A stretch of 64,000 nucleotides of DNA from Vairimorpha necatrix (GCA_036630325.1 CP142727.1:1364001-1428000), one strand, 5' to 3'; positions 46,426-57,632 are shown, numbered from the stretch's first letter. Numbers and translations: made by a program. The notes: a model not told the origin generated them from the letters alone.

Positions 46426-47544
46426 ATGGACAAAGAGTATGACATTATTCTATACGGAGCCAGTAGTTATACTGCTGGTTATATAATTCCATATTTGGAA
46501 AATTATGATCTTAAAATAGGTTTGGCTTCTCGAAATATTTCTAATTTAGAAAGTTCAAATCTTCCTAAGATTCAGTGCGAATTAACAGAGGCGCCATCCC
46601 AAACAAACATTTTGATTAATTGTGCAGGCCCGTATCATTTGATAGGCGAGGAAATTATTAAATCTTGTATCAGAAATAAGACTCATTACATCGATTTGTG
46701 TGGCGAAGTACATTTTATCAAGTATATTTACAATAAATATCATAATGAAGCCTTAAAAGAAGGTCTTTTTATAATTCAGGCCTGTGGTTTTGATTCGTTA
46801 ATCGCTGATCTTGGAAATGAAATTATTAAAAATAAATTTGATAAAGACGTAGAAGTTAGAAGTGTGTTAGAATTAGAAAATCCCATTTTAAATTTTGGAA
46901 CATGGGAAAGTTTAATAAATTCAATCTCAAGATATACGAAAAATACTATTATTAGTGAAGTTAGAGGAAATGTTAAGTGTCCATCGTATTATTATGATGA
47001 AAATATAAAATCTTACGTGGTTAAATTTAGAGGCTCCGACCATTTTGTGGTGACTAGCACGCAGAAACTTCTAAGAGAGTGCAATATCAAAACATGTAAA
47101 TACGAAGCGTATTTAAAAACAGGAAATATTTTTTTATATTTCTTATACTTTGCATTGATTTCTTTAATGTGCAAGTTTAACTTTGGTAAAAACTTGTTAC
47201 TTCGTTTTTATAAATTTTTCAGTTATAATTTAGTTGAGAAATCTCCTAGTAGGGAAATTGTAAAAAGAGGCTCTTTTACTTTATCTTTTGAAGGTGTTGG
47301 TATGAAGAATTTGGATTATAAAACTAAACATTTAGTAATATCTGGTCCAGACGTGTATACCACGACAGGTATTTGTATAAGTCAAGCATCATTAGTACTA
47401 CATGAAATGATCAAATCAAGACAAGACGGGAAAAATATATCAAATTTACCTGGTGGCGTAGTGACGCCTGGATTTGTATTTAGAGAAACAAATTTGAAAG
47501 AAAAACTTAGAAATTTGGGAATTATTTTTAATATTAAAGAATAA
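46426..47544 (+). CDS. Saccharopine dehydrogenase-like oxidoreductase (SCCPDH family)
   Basis: YDIILYGASSYTA Rossmann start, NCAGPY, HYIDLCGE, ACGFDS..ADLG, GGVVTPG; start after GCCC. Confidence 0.88.
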   Translation: MDKEYDIILYGASSYTAGYIIPYLENYDLKIGLASRNISNLESSNLPKIQCELTEAPSQTNILINCAGPYHLIGEEIIKSCIRNKTHYIDLCGEVHFIKYIYNKYHNEALKEGLFIIQACGFDSLIADLGNEIIKNKFDKDVEVRSVLELENPILNFGTWESLINSISRYTKNTIISEVRGNVKCPSYYYDENIKSYVVKFRGSDHFVVTSTQKLLRECNIKTCKYEAYLKTGNIFLYFLYFALISLMCKFNFGKNLLLRFYKFFSYNLVEKSPSREIVKRGSFTLSFEGVGMKNLDYKTKHLVISGPDVYTTTGICISQASLVLHEMIKSRQDGKNISNLPGGVVTPGFVFRETNLKEKLRNLGIIFNIKE

Positions 47545-47561
47545 AAATTTTTACTTTTTTT

Positions 47562-48689
47562 TTATACATTAAAAAGGTCTAAAAGCTTATTTTTTGTGGA
47601 TTCTTGGTAGTCACATAGATAATTCAAATAATACTCTAAAATTCTACTCTCATGTAAAATTACTCGTTGCATATTGTCTTCATTCATATTCTCAAAAATA
47701 AAAATTAATTTTTTAATTTCTTCTTCTTGAAATTTATCAAGAGTTTTATATAAATCTTTATCATTCCCATTTTCTCTAATAAAATGTTCAATAAGTATTG
47801 ACCTATGGTAAAAAGCTTCATCAATTTTTTCTCTATAAATATTTTGTCTCAATTCTAAACAACTTATTAAATATTCAATTATTTGTTTCTTTTTGTCCAT
47901 AAATGATCTATTTATTGTATTCACATGTAAAATTTTTATAGATTCAAGAAAACTAGAGATAGTTTTCTTTACTAAATCTTTTTTTTTGTAAATAGTTAAT
48001 TTTTTACAAAGATTTAATAAAAGTGCTGGACTGAAAATCGCGCCACCTAAATTTAAAGAAATCTTTGATTCATAAATTTGAGATTTTGATAAATCGATAT
48101 TTTCTCTGTAAAACTCAAATCTTTCTTTTAATAAGTTGACTGCTAGACCATCTTCTCCGTCTTTCGATTTACATAATGCTTGTATCATTCGTATATAACT
48201 TTTGTCTTTATTATCTTCCACTAAAACAAGTTTATTTTGTATTCTAGAGTCTAATTCTAAAATTCTATCTCTTGTTATTGACTGAGCTATCTGCGATTTA
48301 TCAAGTTCAAAATATTTATTTCTTAAGTTTAACATGTTTTTTAGGTATTGATTGTCAAGTTTGACGGTATTAGAAAAGTTATTAAAAAATTTTCTAACTT
48401 CTGGTTTAATTATTAAAAGTTTTTTAGCCTGTAAAACAGTTTTTTGTAAAAAATTTTCTAGCTCTTTTTCTTTTATTACGCCTACAGATACTAAAAAGAC
48501 GATGGAATCTATTGCTATAAAACTTTCATATAAAATTTCTCTGCTTAAATTTTTTACAGGAGGAATGTTCATGTCGTCTATGGTGTATAAAGAGATATTT
48601 CGTTTTACTTTTGTATCTTCAATCAATCTTATTGATTTATTAGGTTTATAGGATAAAAAAGTAGTAATTAAAAGATAAATGGTATTCAT
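47562..48689 (-). CDS. Hypothetical protein with possible signal peptide (375 aa)
   Basis: Long ORF; short hydrophobic N-terminus MNTIYLLITTFLS. Confidence 0.82.
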   Translation of the reverse strand: MNTIYLLITTFLSYKPNKSIRLIEDTKVKRNISLYTIDDMNIPPVKNLSREILYESFIAIDSIVFLVSVGVIKEKELENFLQKTVLQAKKLLIIKPEVRKFFNNFSNTVKLDNQYLKNMLNLRNKYFELDKSQIAQSITRDRILELDSRIQNKLVLVEDNKDKSYIRMIQALCKSKDGEDGLAVNLLKERFEFYRENIDLSKSQIYESKISLNLGGAIFSPALLLNLCKKLTIYKKKDLVKKTISSFLESIKILHVNTINRSFMDKKKQIIEYLISCLELRQNIYREKIDEAFYHRSILIEHFIRENGNDKDLYKTLDKFQEEEIKKLIFIFENMNEDNMQRVILHESRILEYYLNYLCDYQESTKNKLLDLFNV

Positions 48690-49228
48690 TTGTTATTGTT
48701 GTTATATACGCAATAATTTGAACTTGAAACAATCATTTAGTCTAAAAAACAATATAAAACAAATATAATTAAAAATGAACATAAAATGACAGACGTAAAA
48801 TATAATTAAAGATCTTTTTTCATTATAAATAAACATAAAAATATATGTAAAACTTTGAATACTACAAGTATATTCCTAAAATATAAAACCAAATTTCTGA
48901 TACATTAGTAAACAATTGAAAACTTAACAGCCTTAATTTAACGAGAAAGATTTAAATGAAAATTTTTTTACAAAATTAATTACAAAAGATAATTGTTATT
49001 TAATAGAACACTATAAATTGTGAGCTTAACTATAATTTATATTTCAGATGGTATATTTGAAGTTTTGATTTTAAATTTAGATTTTGCATTTTACTTTAAC
49101 AAATGTGTGCTCGAATAAATAAGCCACAAAATCATTGACATTTTCCAATAAATTTATCAAAAATGCATTTTTATTTTGCCGTTACATTCCAAATGCATTT
49201 TTATTTTTTTTAAATTTCACCCCCTAAA

Positions 49229-49435
49229 ATGAATCTTGCTGATATTCTCGATGTCCCAATAAAACAAAATGAACCCAAAGGCCCATTTTCTCATAAAGTA
49301 GCAACAAATGAAGAAGCCAAAAAATGCAGAGCTTGCAGTGGATTTAGAGGAATAATTTTTAAATATGACATGACTATTTGTAGAAGATGTTTTAGAGAAT
49401 ACGCTAAAGATATTGGATTTAATGTTTACGATTAA
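49229..49435 (+). CDS. RPS29: 40S ribosomal protein S29 (uS14)
   Basis: CRAC...GII.KY...[21 protein letters not shown] and CCCCC upstream. Confidence 0.97.
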
Positions 49436-49467
49436 ATATTTTAATTTTTAACCAGTTTTATTTTTTT

Positions 49468-50136
49468 TTATTGTCCTAAATTTACTATGCTCGATTTTCT
49501 CACCTTTCTATTTTTCTTTGGACTTTGATTGACCGGGACGTCTTTTACTTTTTTCTCGGGTTTTTTTTCTTTTTTAAAATCAAAAGTAAGATGCGGAATC
49601 AATAAATAACAAAACATGATGGCGAAAACAAAGTAATCTGGTACTTTATGGATTTTAAATGCACTTATTAATCCCAAATTGATAATAAAAAATCTCAAAT
49701 CTTTTTTTGTATAAATTAATTCACTATTAAGAAGTATTTTAGAGAATATTTTTGAAAATACGTCAGATACGATTAAATAAGAAATGACATTTGTAAGATT
49801 TTCCGTATTATTTTTTAAACTTACGTAAAACAAAGAAGTTCCAATTATTGGTAAAATTTTTCCAATTTTTTTAAGAATTTTAAACTTGTGTAATTGAGAG
49901 AAGATCAATAAAGTAACAAAAAACACGACAAGTAAATCTGGTGAGAAAGAAAATTGTCTGTAAATTATATTTCCTATTAGTGGTCCACCAAAAGATATAA
50001 TAAATCCAGGAATAAACATTGACTCTACATTGGCTTCTATTCCTTGATCGTGTAAATTAGATAAAGTGTTGAAAACATTTCCTATTGTAATTAATGGTAG
50101 AAGTTTTTTTACGTCCATATCTAGCAAATTTCTCAT
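49468..50136 (-). CDS. Multi-pass membrane protein, faint TRIC/TMEM38-like motif
   Basis: Several TM segments, SFGGPLIGNII, basic C-tail; family call is weak and the start is uncertain. Confidence 0.7.
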   Translation of the reverse strand: MRNLLDMDVKKLLPLITIGNVFNTLSNLHDQGIEANVESMFIPGFIISFGGPLIGNIIYRQFSFSPDLLVVFFVTLLIFSQLHKFKILKKIGKILPIIGTSLFYVSLKNNTENLTNVISYLIVSDVFSKIFSKILLNSELIYTKKDLRFFIINLGLISAFKIHKVPDYFVFAIMFCYLLIPHLTFDFKKEKKPEKKVKDVPVNQSPKKNRKVRKSSIVNLGQ

Positions 50137-50256
50137 ATTAAAAAACAATCAATAAAATTTTTATAAAAAAAAACAAAAACAAAAAGGATGAAACAAATTG
50201 TTTGACACATGAAACACACAATTTTAACAGGTACCAATTAAATTTAAACTTTTAAT

Positions 50257-50826
50257 TTAACGATTAGATTTAGCAATCCTTTCTATTTCTTCTCTTTTTT
50301 TGACTGCGTAAGAATTTTGACTATTAGCAGCAGCGTTGTTTAACTCGTCGGCGATACACTCGGCAAGACTTTTTCTAGATTTAAAAGCAGAAGATCTAAT
50401 TCCATTAGATAAAAGTTGTATAGCCAAACTGACTCTTTTAGAAGGAGACACGTCTACAGCAGTCCTCTTCATTGACCCTCCTCTTCCTACTCTAGCAGTG
50501 TCTTCTCTTGGCCCTGCGTTTATTATAGCATCTACTAAAACTTGAAGTGGATTTTTTTTAGTAAGACAATTAATAATAACAAAAGCGTCTTCCACACAAA
50601 CATTAGCTAATCTTTTCTTACCACTATTTCTACCATTTCTCATTAGGGAATTGACAAACCTATTGATGATAGATAAATTGGCTTTAGTTTTGCTTTTTAT
50701 TATAGCTCTAGATCCTTCATGAGGAATAATAAATCTTCTTGATAAATTAATATAAGAAGAAATAGATTCGTCTGAGCAGTTAACATCATCATAGGAATAT
50801 TTTTCGAATAATTTGATGTCGGCCAT
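50257..50826 (-). CDS. RPS5: 40S ribosomal protein S5 (uS7)
   Basis: [40 protein letters not shown]. Confidence 0.98.
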
Positions 50827-50848
50827 TTGGGGCAAAAAAATTTTAAAA
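50827..50848. promoter_or_regulatory. Putative ultra-compact bidirectional promoter
   Basis: 22 nt (TTGGGGCAAAAAAATTTTAAAA) between the RPS5 ATG and the opposite ATG; contains AAATTT and CCCC on the RPS5 strand. Confidence 0.5.
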
Positions 50849-51169
50849 ATGATATTTTTGAGAAACAGAGTAGATTTTACATTTAAAACAAATAAGAGTC
50901 CTTTTATAGAATGCGGACTAGGAGATACATTCTATGTACTGGTTTATGGAGAGAATACTGTTGTTTTTAATAATAAAAGTGAAAAAATATGCTATCCAAT
51001 ACCAGTGCATTATCCGTCTTTTGTAGTGTCGTTTAACGGCAGACAAACAAACTTTGAAGAAATTTTCATTTTTAATAATGAAGAAGATAAAGAAAAAATG
51101 CGGAATTTTGTTAGAAATAGTAATTTGGGCCAAGGGAAAATAATTAGGGAGTTTGTAGGATTAAAATAA
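50849..51169 (+). CDS. Hypothetical protein (106 aa)
   Basis: Protein-like composition, higher GC than the flanking intergenic DNA; divergent from RPS5. Confidence 0.65.
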
Positions 51170-51491
51170 AAGTTGTTTTTGTTTTTAATATGTGCCTCTA
51201 CCTTTCATTTATTATCTTATTTGTTAAATGCAAGTATGCAATAATATATTGTTAATCTAAAATACATTATAATATTAGCAGTTATTTATAGTTTTTAATA
51301 CCTTCTTGACTAATTTTGGGAAGATTTTTAGTATTTTAATTCTTATAATTAGTGATCGATATTTTTTATTCAATTTTGTCTCTTTTAATTTCATTAGTTC
51401 TTTACATACTTACAAAATATTTTATTCATTATTAGTAATATAATTTTTTTAAGTAAATCTTCTTATTTTTCCGTTATTTTTTGGCCCTAAA

Positions 51492-53030
51492 ATGCAATCT
51501 ACACAGTCTGATGCTCAGATTACTCAATCAGGGCAAGCTATAAAAATGAACAATGCTACTTGCGAATCTCTAAAATCTTTATTTTCTGTTTCATTGGGCC
51601 CAAATGGAACTTATAAAGCGATAATTACACCAGGACAAACACTTACAATTACGAAGAATGGCAATGTCTTATGTAAAGATATACAATTTATTAACCCAAC
51701 ATCAATAATTATTACAAAAGCCGCGGCTTCTTTATATAGTACATATGGAGATGGTAGTATATCTTTTATAGTCCTCTGTTCTGATATATTTAATTCGGCC
51801 TATAAATATTTTCAAGATGGTGTGTCAATAACGTCAATTTGCACTGGTCTTCAAAATTGTATAACTGACATATCGAAATATATTGAAAGTTTATCTATCG
51901 GATTAGAAAATGATGATCAGTTAAACGAGTTATCTTATAATTTACTAAATACAAAACTAAGTAAACAGAATTCTAAACTTATTTCACCAATGATAACTAA
52001 AGCTATAAAAAATATTTCCAAGTCTCAATTCCAAGATGTCAATATGGTAGAAGTTATAAAAATGAATGAAGGAGATGTGAACGATACCAAATATATTGAT
52101 GGACTAGTTTTAGACCACGGAAATAGGCACTACGGCATGCCTACTAAATTATCTGACGTCGTAGTAATGGTTACTAATATGTCATTAGAATATGAAAAAC
52201 CAGAAATAAACGCGCAATTTGTTTATAGCAGCAGTAAACAAAGAGAAGAACTTGTAAAAAACGAAAGAGAGTTTATTCTGAAGAAAGCGCAACTTATTGG
52301 TGAGTTCGCTGATAAAATTAAAAATGAAATGGGAAAAAGCTTACTATTGATTTCTGAAAAAGGTATAGATCCATTTTCTCTCGATATTCTAGCGAAACAC
52401 AACATTTTAGCTTTAAGAAGAGCCAAGAGGCGCAATATGGAAAGGCTCATGTACATGTGCGGAGGAAACATTATTAGTGAAATTTCTCAATTAGATGTCA
52501 GAAACTTGGGATATTGCGCAAATGTGCGAGTCGTAAATATTGGCGAAGAAAAATACACCTACTTAGAAGGAACTCCATATAAAGGATCTTGTACCATTTT
52601 AATTAGAGCAGATACTGATAATGAAATGAATAAGATGAATAATGCGATAAGAGGAACTCTTAAAGTATGCCATAACACTTATAAAGACAAGAGAATTATT
52701 TTAGGAGGTGTAAATTTGTACCAGAAACTAGTTAGATTCCTTAATTCTCGACTACAAGAAATTAATGAAAAAGACGTAATTGGCTACGAAATTCTGAAAC
52801 AAGCTTATACTAATATGATAAAATATTTATTAAGAAATAAAGGTAGTAATATTCATGAAGAATTAGTGAAAATATTAAGAGAAGATATAAAACACGAAGA
52901 AGTTTATGATTCATTTACAGTCGTATCAGGTGTATTAAATAATAGTGCTGTAGTTTCAATGAGCCTTTTAATGGTCGATGAAATTATAAAAGCAGGTAAA
53001 TGTGTGAAAGAAGAGAAAACTCCCAATTAA
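51492..53030 (+). CDS. CCT6: Chaperonin CCT/TRiC subunit zeta
   Basis: LGP.G, GLVLDHG.RH..MP, SLEYEKPEIN..F.YSS..QRE, KGIDP.SLD.LA, LRRAKRRNMERL. Confidence 0.95.
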   Translation: MQSTQSDAQITQSGQAIKMNNATCESLKSLFSVSLGPNGTYKAIITPGQTLTITKNGNVLCKDIQFINPTSIIITKAAASLYSTYGDGSISFIVLCSDIFNSAYKYFQDGVSITSICTGLQNCITDISKYIESLSIGLENDDQLNELSYNLLNTKLSKQNSKLISPMITKAIKNISKSQFQDVNMVEVIKMNEGDVNDTKYIDGLVLDHGNRHYGMPTKLSDVVVMVTNMSLEYEKPEINAQFVYSSSKQREELVKNEREFILKKAQLIGEFADKIKNEMGKSLLLISEKGIDPFSLDILAKHNILALRRAKRRNMERLMYMCGGNIISEISQLDVRNLGYCANVRVVNIGEEKYTYLEGTPYKGSCTILIRADTDNEMNKMNNAIRGTLKVCHNTYKDKRIILGGVNLYQKLVRFLNSRLQEINEKDVIGYEILKQAYTNMIKYLLRNKGSNIHEELVKILREDIKHEEVYDSFTVVSGVLNNSAVVSMSLLMVDEIIKAGKCVKEEKTPN

Positions 53031-53315
53031 ACATTTTAATTTATTAATTGTTAATTAAATTTGACGCGAAATTTAATTTAAAACACCACACAGTTTGTTT
53101 CGGATTTGTTTGTTTTTTATTGATAAATTATTTATTTTTTTTATTTATCATTTTGCTAAAAATTATTTATAAATTAGATTAGTTTCTTTTTTGTAACAAA
53201 AAATATTGAACAATTAATCTCTAAAAATACCAGACACCACGTCATAGTTGGTTTGTACAAAGTTTGAAACATTTTAATATTTTTTGATTATTAATATTGA
53301 TTAATTTATCCTATA

Positions 53316-53750
53316 ATGATGAAGAGCGAATATAAAAAAAATCAGAATTATAAAAAACCACGTACTAATATTGATAAATTGAAAAGAAGTACAAGAAGAA
53401 ATGCTAATAGTAAAAATAAAGGTACAGGTAGAAAAAGAGTGCGTACTGTTATGGATGCGAATCAAAGTAAAATTTTAATTGATAGTTTTTTAAAAAACTC
53501 GTTTCCGTCTACAGAATTACGAGATGAATTGAGTCGATCACTTAAAATAAAATCGAGAACAATACAGATTTGGTTTCAAAATCAGAGACAAAAAATTAAA
53601 AATAAAAATTTGGCTTTATCAAAAAACGAAGATGAATATCCTGGAATGCCGTTTAGAAGTTTAAATATTTTGGCCACTGCAGCTGTTGCGACCTTATATG
53701 AAAAAGAAATGAATAAAGAAGATGATGATAAGCCGATTGATTCTCAATAG
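53316..53750 (+). CDS. Homeodomain transcription factor (Q50, non-TALE)
   Basis: RKRVRT...F....FPS...R..L...L....R.IQIWFQNQRQK. Confidence 0.93.
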   Translation: MMKSEYKKNQNYKKPRTNIDKLKRSTRRNANSKNKGTGRKRVRTVMDANQSKILIDSFLKNSFPSTELRDELSRSLKIKSRTIQIWFQNQRQKIKNKNLALSKNEDEYPGMPFRSLNILATAAVATLYEKEMNKEDDDKPIDSQ

Positions 53751-54806
53751 AAGAAGGTAATTTTAGTTTCCTAATATAATGGACAATAAGTTATAACTTC
53801 GTTTGAAATGTCGTTATTAATTAATAAAAACTTATTTTCAATCTTTATTAATTTTTCGTCATTGACATGGCGATTGATGTGTCGTTAAAAAAATCAAATT
53901 TTGCTTTAGAAAACTTTGTAAGCCTCGTTTTTTAGTTAACGCCGAGACTTATTTTGACACCACATCCAAAATGTCATATTTGATTAATAATGAGTTATAA
54001 AAAAACAAGTATGTATATTTTGGATTGTTCGTTATAAAAACACAGAAATGCTTTCTCCCGTCAAAAATCAATTAACAATTTATTAGAAATTTCGTTTTTA
54101 ATGTCAATCTTAAATTTTTTAATTTACTTGAAATATTGATAAGATTTTACTAGGGGTTTTGAGATTGAATTTGTACGTTAAATTGCATTTTAAAATGTAA
54201 AATTAGTAACATTGTATAATCTCATGATTTTTATACTGTTGGATATAAATGTTGCTTAAAAAAACAATATTGAGGTATGGCAGTTTAAAATTTAGAAAAA
54301 AAACATCTATTTATTGCTGAATCCTACAATAATAAACAACCTTAGTATTTTATGACTCGTGACAAGATATGTAAAAAAGGTCAGCTTATAAAGAGAACCC
54401 TGTTTTCATGACATGCCGAAATTTAGCTTTATCAAAACAAGAATTTTTTAAACGGCTTGAAAATACTTTCAAGGTAGGACACTATACCTAAGCTAAGGTA
54501 AAAAGAAGTTTAACATAGAAGTATATGTCATTGGTCTGTTCTCCTGTATTAACTAAATGAAGGAACTTATTAGCCTAATAAATTACTCAAAACCATCAAA
54601 CATTTGCTTTTAAATGTATTAAAAAGAAATCATTGTCTTTTACTTTTAATTGATTCCCACACAAAGTAACTTACTTTATTTTGTTATAAAATTTTGATAA
54701 AAATAAATTTCTAAAAATTTCCTTTTAATTTTGCAGCAAGTTTTTACAAATCTTAGCTCTAGATACAATAAAATCCATTTCTTTTTTTTGTGTTTACCCT
54801 TTTCTC

Positions 54807-56312
54807 ATGCAGACAATATCTTTTTATATTTATTTAAACAGACTTTACAAATCTGATAAACTTCTTGCTATTAATAATATCAAACAACGTCCTAAAAATA
54901 TTCCACTTCTTCTTAAATATCTCCGTCATGATTTTTTAGAAGACTTAGGAATTTACACTAAAGATATTACAAAACAAATAATATCTTACAACACCTCCCA
55001 TTATTTTATAAATTACAGATCTTATGATATAAAATACAACATTTTAAATTTACTTAATGAACGAAATCTTGATAAATTTGATAGCCTTTTTTTACTGGAT
55101 TTTAATATGTCATTTAATAGAAATTTTTTTTCTATTGATTTATCGCCTTTCGTCTTGGAACTCGTTAAAAAACGAGAAATAAATTTAAATTTTATTAAAT
55201 TAGTCAAATATGTGAGTCCTAATACTTTTTGGGACTTGATAAGACAAAATTATAATTTATTAAAATTTTTATTAGTACATGATAAAAGTTTATTAGATGA
55301 TAAAAAAGTCTTAATGAGTCTTTTAGGTACAAATTTGACAGATTTAGTTATTCTTAGTCTTCCTTATAAAGAGTGGGCGAGTATTCGCCCACATATTTCT
55401 GATGGATTTATTAAAAAATATTTTTATAAATTTAATATTGTCGATCTTCTGGTACTAAAAGATGCGAAATTCGTATGGAATATTTTGAAAAATGAATCTT
55501 ATAAGGTGAGATATCAAATGTATTCAGAAATGAAAGTTGATAATAAAATTTTAAATTTTGTAAGACAAGATTTGAAAAATCTTGTAAAAAGCAATTATAA
55601 AATGATATCTAAGAAATATAAGTCTAATTTAGTGGATACTATAAGTATTATTAAAGAAATAGTCGACCAGATTGTTATATTTCCGCCTCTTATTGAATTA
55701 TCTTATTCTGTAATTAGCGAATTAGAAGACATTGCTAAAGATATTTGCATGTTTTATATTCTGAAATTTATTAGTGAAAAGTCTAGTTTCATTACTGGCT
55801 CTTCGTTTTCTCGATGGTATTTTAACTTAGTTAGATTTATTAAGCTGTTTTATCAGGAAGTAGACTCGTCTGGTTTACAAGATCTTATAGACTTGTATAT
55901 AGAGAACAAGAAGTACAGTTGTGTCTTATTATTTGAGATTACTAAAACTAGTAGTAAGTTAAAAGACATAAATGAGATATTCTTGTATGAAGATTATGAT
56001 ATTAAACTTAAAGACGATGTTTACGAGAGATATCAAGTAATATTAAAACCAGAAGTAAAAAAATGTAATATAAAATATTTGACGAGTTATGAGGTCAGTA
56101 AAATGGATTTGGAGTGTACAGATTTTGAATATGAAGAGGAATATTTGTATGTTAGAAATGTGGCGAGATTAATTTCTCAGAATATTAAAAAAGTCGAAGA
56201 TTTTGAAAAAATAAAAAAATTTTTTATGAAATGTTGTAGTAGCCAGGAGGAAGATATAAGATTGATAGGGAATTCAATGATCAGTAAGATAGAAATATTT
56301 AATAAAAAATGA
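54807..56312 (+). CDS. Highly reduced THO complex subunit 2-like protein
   Basis: VWNILKNESYKVRYQMYSEMK, IVDQI....LI, DICMFYIL and SRW..NL..F match my recall of the conserved Tho2/THOC2 core blocks in order. Confidence 0.65.
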   Translation: MQTISFYIYLNRLYKSDKLLAINNIKQRPKNIPLLLKYLRHDFLEDLGIYTKDITKQIISYNTSHYFINYRSYDIKYNILNLLNERNLDKFDSLFLLDFNMSFNRNFFSIDLSPFVLELVKKREINLNFIKLVKYVSPNTFWDLIRQNYNLLKFLLVHDKSLLDDKKVLMSLLGTNLTDLVILSLPYKEWASIRPHISDGFIKKYFYKFNIVDLLVLKDAKFVWNILKNESYKVRYQMYSEMKVDNKILNFVRQDLKNLVKSNYKMISKKYKSNLVDTISIIKEIVDQIVIFPPLIELSYSVISELEDIAKDICMFYILKFISEKSSFITGSSFSRWYFNLVRFIKLFYQEVDSSGLQDLIDLYIENKKYSCVLLFEITKTSSKLKDINEIFLYEDYDIKLKDDVYERYQVILKPEVKKCNIKYLTSYEVSKMDLECTDFEYEEEYLYVRNVARLISQNIKKVEDFEKIKKFFMKCCSSQEEDIRLIGNSMISKIEIFNKK

Positions 56313-56771
56313 AATATAAAAAAAAAAATAAAACATTTATGAAATTGGTATGTCTTAAGAAATATGTAATAATTTTATATAAATAGGGTTATATTCATTT
56401 GTTTTTTTAAGTTGTCTTTTTTTACGGGCTAATGCCCAAGAAAACTAAGCTTAGATTTTTCTTGTTTGCTGAAGGTTTAAAATCCACTATTAAGTTAAGA
56501 GCTCTTTAAGAAAAAATAATTAAAATTAAAAAAACACAAATTAGAAAAGACATGCAGTTGGAAATATAAACAGTAGATTTAAAACAAGGATATTAAGAGA
56601 TTTTTATAAAATCGACATTATGTAAAATTCTAAGATCATAAACAAACATCTTATGATATTTTGTCCTACATATATTCATCAATAAAAATGCTTTTGCTAT
56701 TTGTTTTAGTGTTTTATAAATCACAAATTTCACTTTTTTATAAAATATTAATTTTTATTAAAAACTGGGGT

Positions 56772-57131
56772 ATGATGGAAATTGATGAACAAGATTTACG
56801 AGATGCTCACCCTGTCACATTAGCCGAAGTCAAATATTTACTGGAAGATGTAAAAGAAAGATCTTCTCTAGATAACAGATCGTCATCTTACAAAATACTC
56901 AAACAAACATTAAATTATGTGGAAAAATTTTGTAAAATTGAAGAAAAAAGCATGGCTGAAGATTTAAGATCTTCATTGTTCAATTGTGGATGTAATGAAG
57001 TGGAAATCGCACTTTTGGGGTCGATTTTTCCACAGTCTGTGGATGAAGCGAAAATGTTGATACCGTCTTTGAAAAATAAAGATAACGCAGTTTTGAGTAA
57101 AATAGTAGATTTAGTAATTAAATATATTTAA
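56772..57131 (+). CDS. RPB4: RNA polymerase II subunit RPB4
   Basis: L.EV..LLE, LKQTLNYV.KF, E.ALLGS..P...DEAK.LIPSL; GGGG before ATG. Confidence 0.92.
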   Translation: MMEIDEQDLRDAHPVTLAEVKYLLEDVKERSSLDNRSSSYKILKQTLNYVEKFCKIEEKSMAEDLRSSLFNCGCNEVEIALLGSIFPQSVDEAKMLIPSLKNKDNAVLSKIVDLVIKYI

Positions 57132-57374
57132 AAGTATACAAAATTATAAGGTAACGTCTTCTTTTATAATTTAGAATATTGACTCTACGTAGATGATTTT
57201 GTAACGTAATTATATATATAGCAGCATATAATACTGTCTATGTAGTGGAAAATAATTTTTAGACGTTTTATTTTGTGTTAACAATGTATATGAAATTATA
57301 TTATTTGGTTTGAAATTTGTTTGCGTGTGAACAACAAACTTATACAAAAAAAAGTTTTTTAATTATTTTATAAT

Positions 57375-57632
57375 TTATTTAATTGTAAAAAAATATCCAG
57401 TTATACTACCGAATATTACAAAAAATACTACTCCTAGTATAATTCTCGACTTATTTAATCTATTAATCTTGTCCATAATATAATTTGACTTATACATTCC
57501 TTCCCTAACCATATTTGCTTTTTTCTGGACATTTATAAGTTTCTCGCTTTGTAATTGAACATCAGATAATAGTGACTCGAGTTCATGTTCAGCGAATTCG
57601 GCAACTTTAAGAGTTTCCTCGTATTTATTCAT
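57375..57632 (-). CDS. Minimal Qb-SNARE (Vti1/Gos1-like), SNARE motif plus TM only
   Basis: Heptad helix with central Q (VQLQSEKL), S...M..I.R..K, then C-terminal TM. Confidence 0.7.
   Translation of the reverse strand: MNKYEETLKVAEFAEHELESLLSDVQLQSEKLINVQKKANMVREGMYKSNYIMDKINRLNKSRIILGVVFFVIFGSITGYFFTIK

Noticed and set aside
49229-50826. Short 5' introns in the ribosomal protein genes RPS29 and RPS5
   Set aside because: Both read through from a CCC-preceded ATG with no GTAAGT near the start.
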